A stretch of 64,000 nucleotides of DNA from NCBI GenBank assembly GCA_001662655.1, contig KV460257.1; one strand, written 5' to 3'. How positions within the stretch are numbered: the stretch's first letter is position 1; each line of letters opens with the position of its first letter. The notes under the pieces were generated by a model. That model was not told the origin of the DNA. It did no database searches and worked only from the letters and a program-made list of their open reading frames with translations. Below, piece after piece: positions 24,333-37,262 of this stretch. This DNA comes from Pseudogymnoascus verrucosus. Lineage: Eukaryota. A program made the position numbers and the translations under genes.

Positions 24333-26438
24333 ATGGATTCTGCCCAGTATTTAACGGACGGAGAGGTTGAAGAGTTCGTTAGTGACTTGGATAAAAATAA
24401 CGATGGGTTTGTTGACTATGAAGAGATTGAATCGAAACTGGATCAAGTCCACAACGAGATCGCGCCAGACGCAAAATCGCATCATCTACACCACAAAGAC
24501 CTGGATGATGAGCATCGCCACCATTTTCTACGCAGTGTGATTGGATCGAGCACATATCCAATCTCTCGATCCGACCTCGCAGAAGTAGTTAAGGGATGGA
24601 AAGTCCCTTCTTTAAAGCCGGATAGGAGAGCCGAGCAAAGCAATAGAAATTATATGAAATCAGTCCCTCTGGCGCGAAGACTCCGAGCCTATTGGGCGGT
24701 TAAAGGTCCTGAAATTTTGTTCATCACATTTGTTGTGTCAACACAGGTTGCCTTTGGGACGTGGCAAATGGTCAAATACATTATTGAGACGCAATGGCGC
24801 GCCGCTTTGGGATGGGGAGTTGTGTTGTCTAAGACGACAGCCGGCGCTTGTATGTTGGAACCTGATCTATCACCCCTGAAATAATGAGAGTGCTGATATT
24901 GGAATTCAGTGTATCCAACTATGTTTTTCCTCATAGTCTCCATGTCAAAGTATCTCCCTACTTTCGCAAGACGATCATCGGCCATCTCGCATTTTATTAA
25001 TTGGGACAAAACTCACGCGTTTCACATAAAGATTTCTATTGTTGCATTGGCCCTGGCCACTCTGCACGCCATTGGTCATCTAACGGGCACCTTTCTGTAC
25101 GGGAGCAGGCCAGCACAGCAGGATAAAGTTGCCGCTATCTTCGGTGAAGATGCCGTGCCTCGTTCCTACCGTGACTACGCTTCCTCCCTTCCAGGATGGA
25201 CCGGAATTGCTGCCCTGGGAATATTCTGGATAATAACGCTCTTCAGCATACCACCTGTTAGGAAATGGAACTTTGAGGTCTTCCAGCTAGTCCACTTGCT
25301 AATGTTTCCAATGATTGGGTTTCTCATAGCACATGGTCTGGAAGCCTTACTGCAGTTCCCCATGCTTGGATACTGGCTCGCATTCCCTACCCTTCTTGTC
25401 TTCCTAGAAAGAGCCCACCGTCTGCTAGTTGGCTTCCACCGCATTCGAGCAGAGATGAACGTTTTGGATGCCGAGACGGTTTGCATCAAAGCCACAATCC
25501 CAGAACGCCGACTTTGGCCATATCAAGCCGGCCAGTACGTTCTACTTCAAGTTCCGCAACTATCATGCTTTCAATGGCACCCTTTCACCATCGCCATCTG
25601 TGAAGGCAATACTATCCAAATCCACATTAAAACAGACGGTAATTGGAGCTTAAGATTACGAGATTTGCAGAAAGAAACGGGGCAAAGCCTCCGCTGCGTA
25701 GGTATTGACGGTCCTTTCGGTGCTCCAGCTCAGCGCTTCTATGAATTCGACCATAGCCTCATCATCGGATCTGGCATCGGAATTACTCCTTTTTCTGGAA
25801 TATTAAAAGATATGCAAACTAAAGCGGACAAGTTACTACTGTCATCCGCGATGCCATTAGCATCGACTGAGGGTCTCCCCGATGCTTATATAAACCAAGC
25901 CACGGTTTCCACAATCGATACAGGTCAGAACACGCCTGGTTTGCGACCCGTAAACAATCGGACTGTCGACTTTCACTGGATTGTGAAGGAATGGAACTCG
26001 CTATTGTGGTTTTCGGACCTTTTGAATAGCATTTGCTGTCCCTTGTCCTCTCAGCTCCATCACAATCCCCAGGTAGATATTCAAATTATAACTCACGTAA
26101 CACAAAAGCGAAAGAACATTTCGACTCATGTTTTTCGCTTCCTCCTAGAAATACATCGGACAGAGGAACATCCTGAATCTCGACTAACTGGCTTGCTGAA
26201 CCCAACAAACTTCGGGCGGCCGGATTTGGCACAGGTTATGGATGATCATTATGAAAGGATGAGAAAGCTACTTGTCAGTGGTGATGGATTTCAGAACAAA
26301 AAGAGAAAAGTCGGCGTGTTTTTCTGTGGTAACCCTATCATTGGTTACGAGCTGGCTGATCGATGTCGGATACTGACATTGCGGGGCAGGGAGGATAAAA
26401 GCCTTGTTCAATATCACTTTATGATGGAAGTATTCTGA
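24333..26438 (+). CDS. EF-hand NADPH oxidase (NoxC/Nox5-like), about 681 aa
   Basis: EF-hand DKNNDGFVDYEE; intron 24850-24909; heme His pairs (FHIK..LHAIGH and VHLL..AHG); FAD motif WHPFT; IDGPFGAP; GSGIGITPF; VGVFFCG; C-terminal EVF. Confidence 0.88.
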
Positions 26439-27199
26439 TTATCTGATATAAATTATATTTAGGAGCAGAAATATACTTGGCTGACTCGCCCTGATGCTCA
26501 GCTAAATAGCAACACAACTACAAAGGCTATCAAACTTCAACTTCCCCCGTGACTGACTCCACTCCATCCCTTTTGCGAACATGCACGCCGACCAGTAGTA
26601 GTCCGTTTTGAGAGAAAGTAGGCTGGGTATGAGGTGATTTGTTTAGGGTGAAGTGACACACCCCAAATTCTTGAAGCAAAGTAGCCCAAGGACTCCGGCA
26701 AGGATAGGGTGTAGGCATCTATATAAACGCCACCCGTCAATGTTTCACGAGAAAAAAGCCAAGGTTAATATTGTGTCCTAGCTTCTGGAGCGCAAGGTCT
26801 ATTTCTAGCGGCCATAGCTGTGATACAGCCCGCCCTTCCGCCGAACCTCGTGCAGTGCCCAGAACACCACGAGCAACCAACCCTGTCCCACCCGCTGAGC
26901 TAGGAAGCCGATATTCTCTCCTCATCCGAGAACAGCCAGGCCCGACGTCATCGCGCACGCCGGTCACTTCTAGCAGGGCGCGCCTAGTCGCGAGGACAGT
27001 CTTTGTTAATCAATTGAAAGCAATGACACAAATGTGCGTCGTTCCTTGACAGGTTTGCAGAGTTTGTGGCTCAAGAGAAAGGAGCAAGATTTGTTGCTCC
27101 TCCGGCGATGGAGGAGCAGGAAGCAGATGCCACTATCTGGATTTCAAGGAACGAGGGTTTCAAACCCGGGGACGTGGGGTTTTTCGAAGAGTTCGCGCA

Positions 27200-27350
27200 A
27201 CTTTGGTCAGCAAATTGATGATATGATGCGGGCTCATAATATTCACATTACTAAGAACGACTTCTTTCCTCCCTTCTACGCTGCGTTTATATTGCAATGA
27301 CTAAAAGCAATATTCAAGGAGGGTTTTAAGGTACTAGACTTCTTCCATAT
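27200..27350 (+). mobile_element. pogo/Fot1 DDE transposase fragment
   Basis: FGQQIDDMMRAHNIHITKNDFFPPFYAAF / MTKSNIQGGF resembles the region after the DDE domain in Fot1-like transposases. Confidence 0.6.
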
Positions 27351-27959
27351 ACCTGCACAACTTATCTTCTTATAACTAACGATGAATCGCAGGTTCCATC
27401 TTCGATCAACCGTCTATCCACACTTATTGATCCCTAATACCTATCCCTCGGCTTGAATTATGCTACGGCTTTTGTTATCCCGCTGTAAGGGTTCTGGAAC
27501 AGTGAGGACGGGTTTTGTCAGCACGTTGCAAGTCAGCGGTATGAAGTCAGCACAGTCGTGTTTTGGGGGGGGGGGGGGTCAGCAGAGAATGGTCATAATT
27601 TCATGGAAGGGTGAGATTCTAACTGAGATGACAGGGTTCAGGTTCGATTGGATGTCAGGGTGAGGGTTATGGACAAGATTGGGGAATAGCACCCATCAGA
27701 GCGGCCACCCCCGGAGAGAAGAGGCATTATAGGGTTAAGGTTATGTATCACATTGGTGTTTGGGAGGAAGAGACATGAATGTGAGACACGGGAGGCTGGG
27801 ACGGGCGGAAAGCGGGGGGGTTGAAAACGTTATATATTCTAAGAATCAGTTCTTGCAAACTTTCAAGACTTCTACAACTACACCTACATCCAGTATGAGT
27901 TTAGAATTCGAAATATCCGCATGGATAATGATCGTTCATTGCCATTAGATGGAGACTTT

Positions 27960-28290
27960 AGCAAATGGCATAAGAAAAGGGGACTAAGAGTTGATTGATG
28001 CCCTCATACACATGAATCGAATATTGCAAGCGGGCGTTTAGGAAAGACGCTCATAAACCGCCCTACTGCAATGAGTGGCTCATTGCCAAGATATCTCTGA
28101 CCTGAAATCTTCAGTGCGGCAGGATATCTGCTAAATAGATCTCCAAACCGAGGGTTAGATTGGGAAACTCTAATTGGACATCTCCAGCGTCTATCAAAGG
28201 TTACTAACTGGACCGAGAAGCCTCATTTGGCTCATTTTCCAGTCTATGGATGTCTTGTTTATCCATTCATCAAGACGAGGCCCAAGCTAA
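27960..28290 (+). mobile_element. Ty1/copia integrase fragment
   Basis: LPRYL*PEIFSAAGYLLNRSPNRGLDWET..KPHLAHFPVYGCLVY. Confidence 0.7.
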
Positions 28291-28334
28291 AATAATATCT
28301 CTTCACAACTAATTAAATGTTCGTTTCGTTTATG

Positions 28335-29663
28335 TTAGACACGCTGAGTCGCATCAACCTTGTACAGATGTACTTTTGCTAGGTTTTCCTGACTCTCGTT
28401 ATCTACCCAATCCATCTCTCTTGCACTATTAACATCATCCCCAATAGGGCCTTTTGTTTTTGCTCTAAAAGTATTGCGGTGGCGGTTCTGTCTTGAGCTC
28501 ATTTGGTAATTGCCCACACTAGGAGTGCTATCCGTGCAAGGCGAGAAGTGCTTTTGGAGGATGCGTTGGGTGAGCGCCTTAAGAGGAGGTGCGGATGCAC
28601 AGACTATACCTAGGTTCACCTCTATGGCTTCCCAGGTATACATGTAGTAGCCCACCCAAGTGCTATCGTCAGACGTCTGGGTGGCAATCGTGTAATATAA
28701 CCGTATCCCACCAGCAACGCAGACCCTAGTGATAAAAGAGTCAGCAACGTAGTAATGTACTTAAAGCCCCTAGCATTTGCGTTCGTTTGCATCATATCTA
28801 AGCTTGATCCTTGATTCAAGAACAAAAGCGCGATATATAGGGTTGGCATAAGACTTACAAGAACCCAGCTCCAAAGATGCCAACCAGTTCAAGTCTCTTG
28901 CGTTTTGGTAAGTTTGTTTTCCAGACCAGTCTCATGGGCAAGACATAGACGTAAATGTCCGTAATTGTATTGGTAAGTCCATGCAAGAAAAGAGCTATTT
29001 CAGCAGGGTAACAATTCTTAGAACTCGGATCCCAGTAATCGCTCACTGGATTACATTGCTACAACCCAGTTAGATCCCCCTTATTGGCTTTAAATGAACC
29101 CGCTACCGTTTAATACGTACAAAGATGATAAGAGCGCAAAACGCGATAGTCCAGATGACAATAAATGCAATGCTGCCGTATATCACTCTTTTCCAGGGCT
29201 TAGTGACCGCGATACGGAGGTAAAGGAAGAGGATGGAGATCTTCACGAGTGATGTCGTGAGAGTAAACAAAATCTCGGAAGCAAAGATGTTTTGAAGAAT
29301 AGGGCTTAGGTTTTCCCGCGGGATTGCAGAGAGGTGTCTGGCCCAGCCGAATTTAGTACCGACACAGGTATTAACAGCCAGTGCAAAACTGAAAAACTAC
29401 ACAGAGAAGTGAGTTCACGGTCCGAAGTGTAGGTTACCATCCTCACGAGCGCTCTAGATTAGCAATGGAAGGGGCAAACTAACTAGCGCAGCGCCCATGA
29501 GCCAGTCATCAGTGCCTATCGTATCGAGAATACGAGCGCGTGTGTATATTCGAAGGCCATAGAAAACTGAGGCAAAAACCACCAAAACCACCTGCAAGGC
29601 AATCAGAGGTAGTGCCCGCGACGCGTAGTCTGGTGGAGGCAAATGATCTTGGATGAGAGCCAT
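28335..29663 (-). CDS. PTH11-like (rhodopsin-domain) membrane protein, 4 exons, apparently intact
   Basis: LRIYTR..GTDDWL, FGWARH, LVKISILFLYLRI, QCNPVSDYWD, TDIYVYVLPM, WEAIEVNLGIVCASAPPLK. Confidence 0.85.
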
Positions 29664-30847
29664 ATCTAATAAGAACGATTAGGAACGGCATCGCAGGAAA
29701 CAGCCATATAAGTGCAGAAAGATGTGGCGCTCTGGCTAAGAAAGGAGCCTTGAGTCGCTCTGTGACGGGACGCGGCATGATGGTGAAACCACCGCATATC
29801 GAGTTTGCCGCGTTTGAGGTGGTTGGCTGTCGAATCAGACAGCACCTGAGTTTCCCCTGTTCTAACCAAGACTAATGCCCGCATGGTGTAGCCGAGGCTG
29901 TCCCGTCCCGTATAATGCGATAATTCACGTGGCATGTGACAAGGACACGGCAAGCGGCTTGTTGGTATTCCAGGCACTTTCGTTGAACACACTTTGCGAC
30001 GCAGAGTTGGCCGGCCGAAGTGGACGCGGGCCAGCCATGTTGGCCGCAAAGTTTGTGTAGGGTGCTTTATAGCCAATCAGAGAATTGGAATAAGTCGTTC
30101 AACAAATGACTAGTATCATTTATTGCAAGAGTCTACAGCAATCATCGTTTGCAAATGAATCTTTAACCTTATAGGCTGCAACTATCATGTCACGCACGAT
30201 TGCTTGTAACTGCCGCTCTTATCTTTGCGCACGGACAGGCACCGTATGCAAATCAACACGGACCAACAACCTCCGTCCCGTCTTACGCCATAACTCTTCG
30301 TACCAGGTCTGTGCACGAATTCCAGCAAAAACCGCTTAATTTAATGCAACACATCTAGCACATTAACAAATACTCTGGCTGCTAGGCGCAGGCCATATTG
30401 ACAAGAGTAACGTTACCGCCCGCAGCCTGCCCCACCCCTCATTTAGGTATTTCGGGAAGGAATTTCCCCGCAATGTAGATCAAGTGTGTGGAGGTTTGAC
30501 AGGGGAGGAGTACAGAAGCAGGTCAGTGCGTACCAAATCACATTGCATCATTCATCCAAAGCTACGAGCCACGAGCCTACCATCCCTTTCTGTGTTGTCG
30601 GAAAGCGTGGATGATTGCCCTTGTATGCTCGAGTGTGCATGGAAAACGCGGACGCAAAACGTTTACAGGAGTTTTGAAATTGCAATTCGGAAGGGACGGG
30701 TTTGACCAATTGTATGGTGTCCTGTCCAAAAGGAATATAGATACAGGACAGCTTTCCCATGCTTCTATTTCGCATCCACTTTACTTGCCTTTCCGCAGAG
30801 CAATATTCATTTGGCCACAGGCATCACGATACTCTACTCATGTCGCT

Positions 30848-32255
30848 ATGGATGCCTTCTCAGACATCAAACCGGTGCCACCGGATGTGATCCTCAGCTG
30901 GCCAAAACCGAACTACACAGATCCTGATCGGCGTGGCCCTGCATTATTGATTGTCAACTGCTTCTTGTTACCGCTTGCGATGGTAGTAGTTGGGATGAGA
31001 TTGTACACTCGATTGATAATTGTGCACTCCGCTGGATTGGATGATGTGTTCATAGTATTTGCTTCAGTAAATTCTCCATTGTCACGCTACATTGAATCAA
31101 TAGCTTACACCTTTCTTGATTGCAGCTGTTGGTTTGACTATAGCAGTATGTCTTGGTAAGTCCTTTGAGTCACTAAGTGATGACCTGCTGACGATCAATC
31201 ATGAAGCTGCATCTCAATACGGATGGGACCTGCATATTTGGGACGTTCCAGAGGCAGATATCATTCCAGGTCGTATAGTATGCTTCTACCTCCCTAGAGT
31301 TAGTAATCCCAGAACTGACCTTGACTACAGGTCACTTGGGTGGCTCAGTTAATCTTCGTAGCAGCCACAAATTTCACAAAACTGTCGATTCTCCTCTTTT
31401 ATACACGCTTGTCAACTGTTGGTATCCGAACACCATTCGACTACGCTGTGTGGGGCACGATTGTTTTCGTCATCTTGTACATCATCTCATTTTCAATCAG
31501 CGTCATCACCGCGTGCAAGTAAGTCGAAGATTCCGTGTACTTTCCTCTTGCAACGACTGCTGACGGAGTTGGCCAATGCTCTAGCCCCGTGAGAGGTTTT
31601 TGGGACATCACAATCCCACATCACTGTGATGAGCAACGAAAATTTGAAATGGCCGCTGCCGTCGTCAACATCATAGTAGATCTTGTTGTAATCCTTCTTC
31701 CGCTTCCAACAGTATGGAGATTGAAGTTGCCGAGGAGGCAGAGGTGGGCGCTTAGCGGGGTTTTCATGTTAGGGTTTTTGTATGGCCACCATACTTAGTC
31801 TATAGGTCCATGATGGCAACAGCTGACGCACTGGACTATTCAGTGTCATCTTAGTATCAACAATACGCGCGTATTGGGTCAATATTATTGTGAACGTGAC
31901 CTATGATACCACCTGTGAGTTATTTTTCCATCTTATCACCAACTTTCGAAATATCATACTATTACGAGACTTTATAGGGGAGGGTTTCATACTCTGGATC
32001 TTGGTAGCCCTTGAAGTCGACGTTGCACTTATCTGTGCCTCGGCACCAACACTCAAACCTACCTTCAGGCGCTACTTTCATAGTCATAATACTCATTCGT
32101 CAAGCCATTGCGTAAACCACAGACTCTCCTCGACGCATCTAGGTAGTAATAACCTCACAGTCGAGCTGCTCGCTGTAGAGAGTATAAAGCCTTGGGATAT
32201 AATACGAAAGCCTCTGCCCGCAATTCCAGCAAATAATAAATACTATAGTCATTGA
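30848..32255 (+). CDS. PTH11-like (rhodopsin-domain) membrane protein, multi-exon
   Basis: SWPKPNYTDP..MRLYTR..GLDD, YGWDLHIWDVP, TKLSILLFYTRL, PVRGFWD, VDLVVILLPLP, LEVDVALICASAPTLKP. Exon joins were not all verified. Confidence 0.8.
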
Positions 32256-33119
32256 GAGCGATTATGCAGGAGGTAGAAGGGGATAATGAGAAGACATTAG
32301 AGGCTGCGGGGGCTATAAGGTCTCGTCATATTCACAAATTCTCGGCTTTAAAATGCTCACTAGGGGTAAGGAACCTCGGTCAAAGGTTTGGCTCTTTATT
32401 TGAGGACGGCGAAAATTTATTTTACTCATTTTTCACAAGTGATAGGAGATGTAGTAGCATCGAGCGACTTCTAAAGATATAATTGGCCAGGCGTGCACGT
32501 ACAGGTCGATAGCTTATGGCACCCTACAATATCTTCCCTTTTGCCAGGATACTCGTATGTCAAATATCACTAATCCTAGTAATTTCTCGTAAGCTTTACA
32601 AGTAAGAAGCTTACTACTATGTCTGTCTGACAGGTTTCAGGGATTAATCTACAAAGGCGAGTTTAAAGAGGGACCTGCAAGCAAACCGACGATGACTCGG
32701 TATTAACCAGACTCACGGTGTTGCTTAAAGTGAGGGGAAAGGTGGTGTGGCGCGACTAGTCGAGTCAGTTGTGCGTGGGTGGGCCGTGAGTCCTAGTGCT
32801 GGTTCATGCGGAATACGTACTGTCTTCACTAATAGGTCTATCTTCGCCCATCTTCCCCAATTCTCCCACTGTCCCGTCCCTACAAATACAATAGTATGGG
32901 GGAAATATGGAGCTAAATGGGCCGCAATGGACCGCAATGGTACATGTAGATGCCGTTCATTTCGGTCCGAACAATTGAAATGGCCTAGCCTCCGTGTCCC
33001 TATTATCCAGCCTTGACCATTCGTCAAACATGTCCGCGATTAGCTTGGTCGACATCAATTTTATATGACCAGCGTGTGTCCCCTGTCTCTGTATCCAGAA
33101 TTGACAACATGCATGCACG

Positions 33120-34868
33120 ATGCGTGTTCGGGGAATAATCGCGACTGTTGCCCTTCTCTTCGGTGCTGCTATCGCAGATGTCAATCTATCATAGGCGCTT
33201 GCGCAGATTCCTACGTGCACTGTAAGTTCCCGCCTCCGCTTGTGCCTCGGCATCTTTTATTTACGCCTCCGTAGCAAGAATGCGGTGTCAACTTGCTGGT
33301 ACCCGCGCAGTGTTAATTGGCCGACCTGTCAAACTGTCTTTGCACGAATTGCACCTTGCAGTTAGAATTTGCGCTCTGCGTCCTAGAGTCGTGCGACCTC
33401 GCCGACTAATTCGGTATGTTTGCACACATATTTGCCACCCGCTAAGGTTCAAACCTGACCTTGACAGTGTCTTCGACCGTCCTTCAAAATGAGATCTGCA
33501 AGGGTGTCCTAATACCATCACGAAGCGCAGAGATTATACGAGATGTTATCATCATCTCAGCCTTTACCTACGTGATCATCGGATTGCGATTTTATTCAAG
33601 GGCTCTTGTAACGAGCGAGATGTGGTGGGATGATTGGGCCATTGCCCTTGCAGCTATGAGTTCTCGAGTACATTGTAGTCTTAGTAGTACAGCTGTTAAC
33701 AATGCTAAACAGCTCCTCATGATTCCCATGACTATCATTCTGATATTTAGTAAGAGCCTCGTTACTAAAGTATCCCCTATGCCGCGATACTAACGTATTT
33801 TAGATGCAACACGCAGCTTTGGGAAACACTTCTAGAATGTTCTACCTCAAAACCTAGTTCTACTCTAAAAGGTACGATCTAGAGTGCATTCCTTTCTACT
33901 AACAAATACTTACTTAGAATAGCTCTACTATATCTCCCAAATATTATATGTTATCGTACAAAGCCTAGCGAAATTCTCCATCCTACTCCTCTACCTTCGC
34001 ATCTTTCCCAGCAAGCGATTTCGCCTTATTGTAAAGATAGCGATAGGGTGGATGATTTGCCATACTCTCGCATTTGGGATGGTCGTATCCTTCCAGTGCG
34101 TACCTGTCGAATTAGTCTGGGATCTTACAGTGCGTAGAAGGTGCACCAATTCTCAGGCGTTCGTCTACGCGGCTGCTGGGTTTAGCATTTTTGAGGACTT
34201 TATCATCATGATGCTCCCTGTTTGGGAGCTAAAAGACTTGAACTTGAACTTGAGGAAGAAAATTGCGTTGATCTTTCTGTTTGCTCTTAGATCTTTGTAA
34301 GTGCAATCATCTGGCTGGCTTTGTTATTGCGTTCTTACTAATGTTGGTATTATAGCGCTTGTATCACAAGTATGATCCGACTTAAATATATCATCGCGTA
34401 CGGGACATCTGTCGATGTAACATGTAATTCAAATTCGTTCATAAAGCGACTTGGCCTAGAATGCTAACCCGTTCAATAGACCGCAATGTCGACATTGTTT
34501 TATGGAGCGTGCTCGAAGATTATGTGGCAATCATCTGTGCCGGCCTCATGTGTTTCCGGCCACTAGTTATTAGATTTCTGCCCTCAATGTTGCCAACCAC
34601 CAGCTTGAGCGAAAGCAAAAACCCTGGGAGTCAAGCCTAGGCCCAAGCGAGAGGGAATTCAAAGTTGGCAAGCAAGTTGGGAGCCGGTGTCAAGGGGTAT
34701 GAACTGCATAGCCAGAACGATGAGGCGAAGGATAGGCAAGGAAAGGCTATTCGGGTGCAGAAGACATGGTTCACGCAAACCAGCAGTGCTGAGGAATTGC
34801 CGGAACGAAGTTATTTAATAGATGGTCATGGGAGAAGCGAGGAGTTGTGGCAAGACCGTCGGACTTGA
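33120..34868 (+). pseudogene. CFEM-domain PTH11-like receptor, RIP-inactivated
   Basis: Signal peptide plus a Cys-rich CFEM (IPTC..EC..C*LADLSNCLCTN..CVLESC). Then LRFYSR..WWDDW, FGKHF*NV, KFSILLLYLRIF, FQCVP, EDFIIMMLP. Several TAG/TAA stops at Gln/Trp positions. Confidence 0.85.
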
Positions 34869-35099
34869 GGGCATGGGCATTCATATTGCTTCATGTTAAT
34901 TTCGAGGACGTTCTACCAATTGTGTGGAGAGATCGTGCAATACGGCAAGAGCCGGCGGCGTAGGTAGACCTCGTCCAGAACGAGAGCCAGTTCCCAAAGA
35001 GACGCAGGACGACAGCCTGCATTTTAAAGACGACGCTTGTCACGCCAAATCAATTCAGTACAGCGAATAGTGCATCACACAACTCAGATAGACAGCAAT

Positions 35100-35728
35100 C
35101 ACCATGGCGGCTTGTCAGGCGCAGACCGGACGGCTTCTACTCGGAACAATGGCCTTGCTGCGACCAAAGCTCTTCGCCATGCTTGCTGAGTCTTCTGAGT
35201 TCAGTTTCCTGTCCAAGGCGGGTAAATCCTGCTCTTCTTCCTCTTTGACGTGGTCTGAAAGGTTGCTCATGATGGCTTTGATGGTAGGTAGAAACTCTGG
35301 GGACCCGACCTTGAGATTTGGAACTTCTTGAGCTCTTCATTAACCTGTCACGTGTTAATATCAGCAAATTAAAGGTGATTCCTTTAGAGATAAGGTGAGG
35401 GCATACGGTTTGATGGTCAGCGCGGTCTTTATCTGCTTTCGTTGTTGACCTAATTGCTTTTCAAAACCAGGATATACAACCAGTTCTTCACTAATGGAGT
35501 GGCGGGCAAGCTCCTATATAAACTGATTCTGCCAGCGAGTGGCCTCGTCGCTGTCCTTAGCGTTGATAATATGTTATGATATTGCTCAAGCTCTCGGTGA
35601 TCCTTCTTCATAGCATCGCTAATTCTAGACATCTTAACAGTGGATGCAGATAGTAAGCGAATATTTTGTGGTTGGATTGGACGGACAATAGTGTTCGCTG
35701 AAAGGGCCGGGGCTAATCTGAGTTTCAT
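35100..35728 (-). pseudogene. Hemerythrin/HHE domain protein, disrupted
   Basis: ISDAMKKDHRELE, WQNQFI*ELARHSISEELVVYP, HVKEEEEQDLP, SFGRSKAIVPSRSRPSAPDKPP. Contains frameshifts and a TGG>TAG stop. Confidence 0.82.
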
Positions 35729-35872
35729 CCTGGCTTTGTAGAATTGGAGACATCTTCAATGTGTGTATGTTGCTATCAAGGGGAATGAAAGTAACTTGAA
35801 TCAGGTTATGTGCCGCGACATGAGAGGCACTCATCAAGCCCTTCGAAGATGGTAGGCAGGCTGATTCAGGCG

Positions 35873-36037
35873 TCAAGGGTTTGTGCTATGCGCAGCTTCT
35901 CGCGGGGGCGCTTCAGGGAATGAGGGAAATGAATAGTTGAGCTCGGCGCGACGACAGCCTTCTCCACAGTAGGCTTTGCCATCTGTCTGCCTGTCACAAC
36001 CGAGGCAGACGTCTTGTGAAAAATTCGTTTCTCCCAT
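35873..36037 (-). pseudogene. Ecl1-family (life-span regulator) N-terminal Cys motif; short ORF or fragment
   Basis: FSQDVCLGCDRQTDGKAYCGEGCRRAE matches the CxxCDR..YCxxxCR motif. Confidence 0.55.
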
Positions 36038-36483
36038 TATGAGCTGTTTTGAGTGATTTCGACAAAGGGTGAGAAAAGGAATTGTTTGGTCCAAACGACC
36101 GTTGCGGAATGTTTTTATAAAGTAGAAGTTGTTGTTACGTGGTCAAGTACAGTTTCGTTAGGAAGCCTACGTACTGGCATGGCTTCAGTAGTAAACGAGG
36201 AGATGCTAGTATGGACTGTGCCCTGCGACTTCAAGTGATATTGCCGTGATGGGATGGTGGCAAAATGATATTGCCACGCCAAGGATGACATAATCCCATC
36301 ATCATCAATTGCAAGGCTTCATTTCAAACGGTACACATAGTACTGTAGCCGCTACCGTACTGTATCCTTTAGAATACATATGGGCCAATTCAAAGAAGCG
36401 GCGACCCATGTATAATCATATTACGTCATTTAATAGGAACATGCAAAGATGGCGTTTCCAGCAGTGCAACGAGGCTTCTGCAC

Positions 36484-37262
36484 GGTAAGTACGTAGAAGC
36501 TGAGGCCAGACGATTAAGCTCAAGGAGACGGTGCTTGGGAAGGATCACTTAGACACGCTCACCAGCATGAACAACCTCGCAATCGCGCTTAAGGAGCAGG
36601 GAAAGTACGCCGAGGCCGCAGCGATGCACCTGAAGACGATGCAGCTTAGGGAGATGATGCTCGGGAAGGATCACCCAGACACGCTCGGCGGCATGAACAA
36701 CCTCACAGTAGCGCTTGAGAAGCAGGAAAAGTACGCGGAGGCCGAGGCGATGCACCAGCAGACGCTGAAGCTCAGGGAGACAGTGCTAGGGAAGGATCAC
36801 CCAGACACGCTCACCAGTATGAACAACCTCGCAATATTGCTTCGCCTGCAGGGAAAGTACGCGGAGGCTGAAGCGATGCACCGGCAGACGCTGCAGCTCA
36901 GGGAGACAGTGCTCGGAAAGGATCACCCAGACACGCTCGACAGCATGAACAACCTCGCAGTAACGCTTGAGAAGCAGGGAAAGTACACAGAGGCCGAAGC
37001 GATGCACCTGCAGACGATGCATCTCATAGAGGCGGCGCTCGGGAAGGATCACCCAGATACTCTCACCAGCATGAACAACCTCGCAGTAACGCTTGAGAAG
37101 CAGGGAAAGTACGCGGATGCCGAGGCGATGCATCTGTAGACGCTGAAGCTCAGGGAGACGGTGCTCGGGAAGGATCACTCAGACACGCTCGGCAGCATGA
37201 ACAACCTCGCAGTAGCGCTTGAGGAGCAGGGGAAGTACGCGGAGGCCGAGGCGATGCACCAA
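36484..37262 (+). repeat. Tandem 126-bp repeats (about 6) encoding 42-aa TPRs; orphan NLR-type C-terminal fragment
   Basis: GKYAEAEAM units start at about 36600, 36726, 36852, 36978, 37104 and 37230, each containing LGKDHPDTL.SMNNLA. CAG>TAG at 37137. No NACHT/NB-ARC domain upstream. Confidence 0.9.

Noticed and set aside
27560..27760. G-run and AGGGT(T/G)-like words as a telomeric or G-quadruplex element (similar words near 47460)
   Set aside because: Only isolated imperfect units; no tandem TTAGGG array.
36484..37262. CRISPR-like array
   Set aside because: The units are contiguous 126-bp coding repeats with no unique spacers, in a eukaryotic context.
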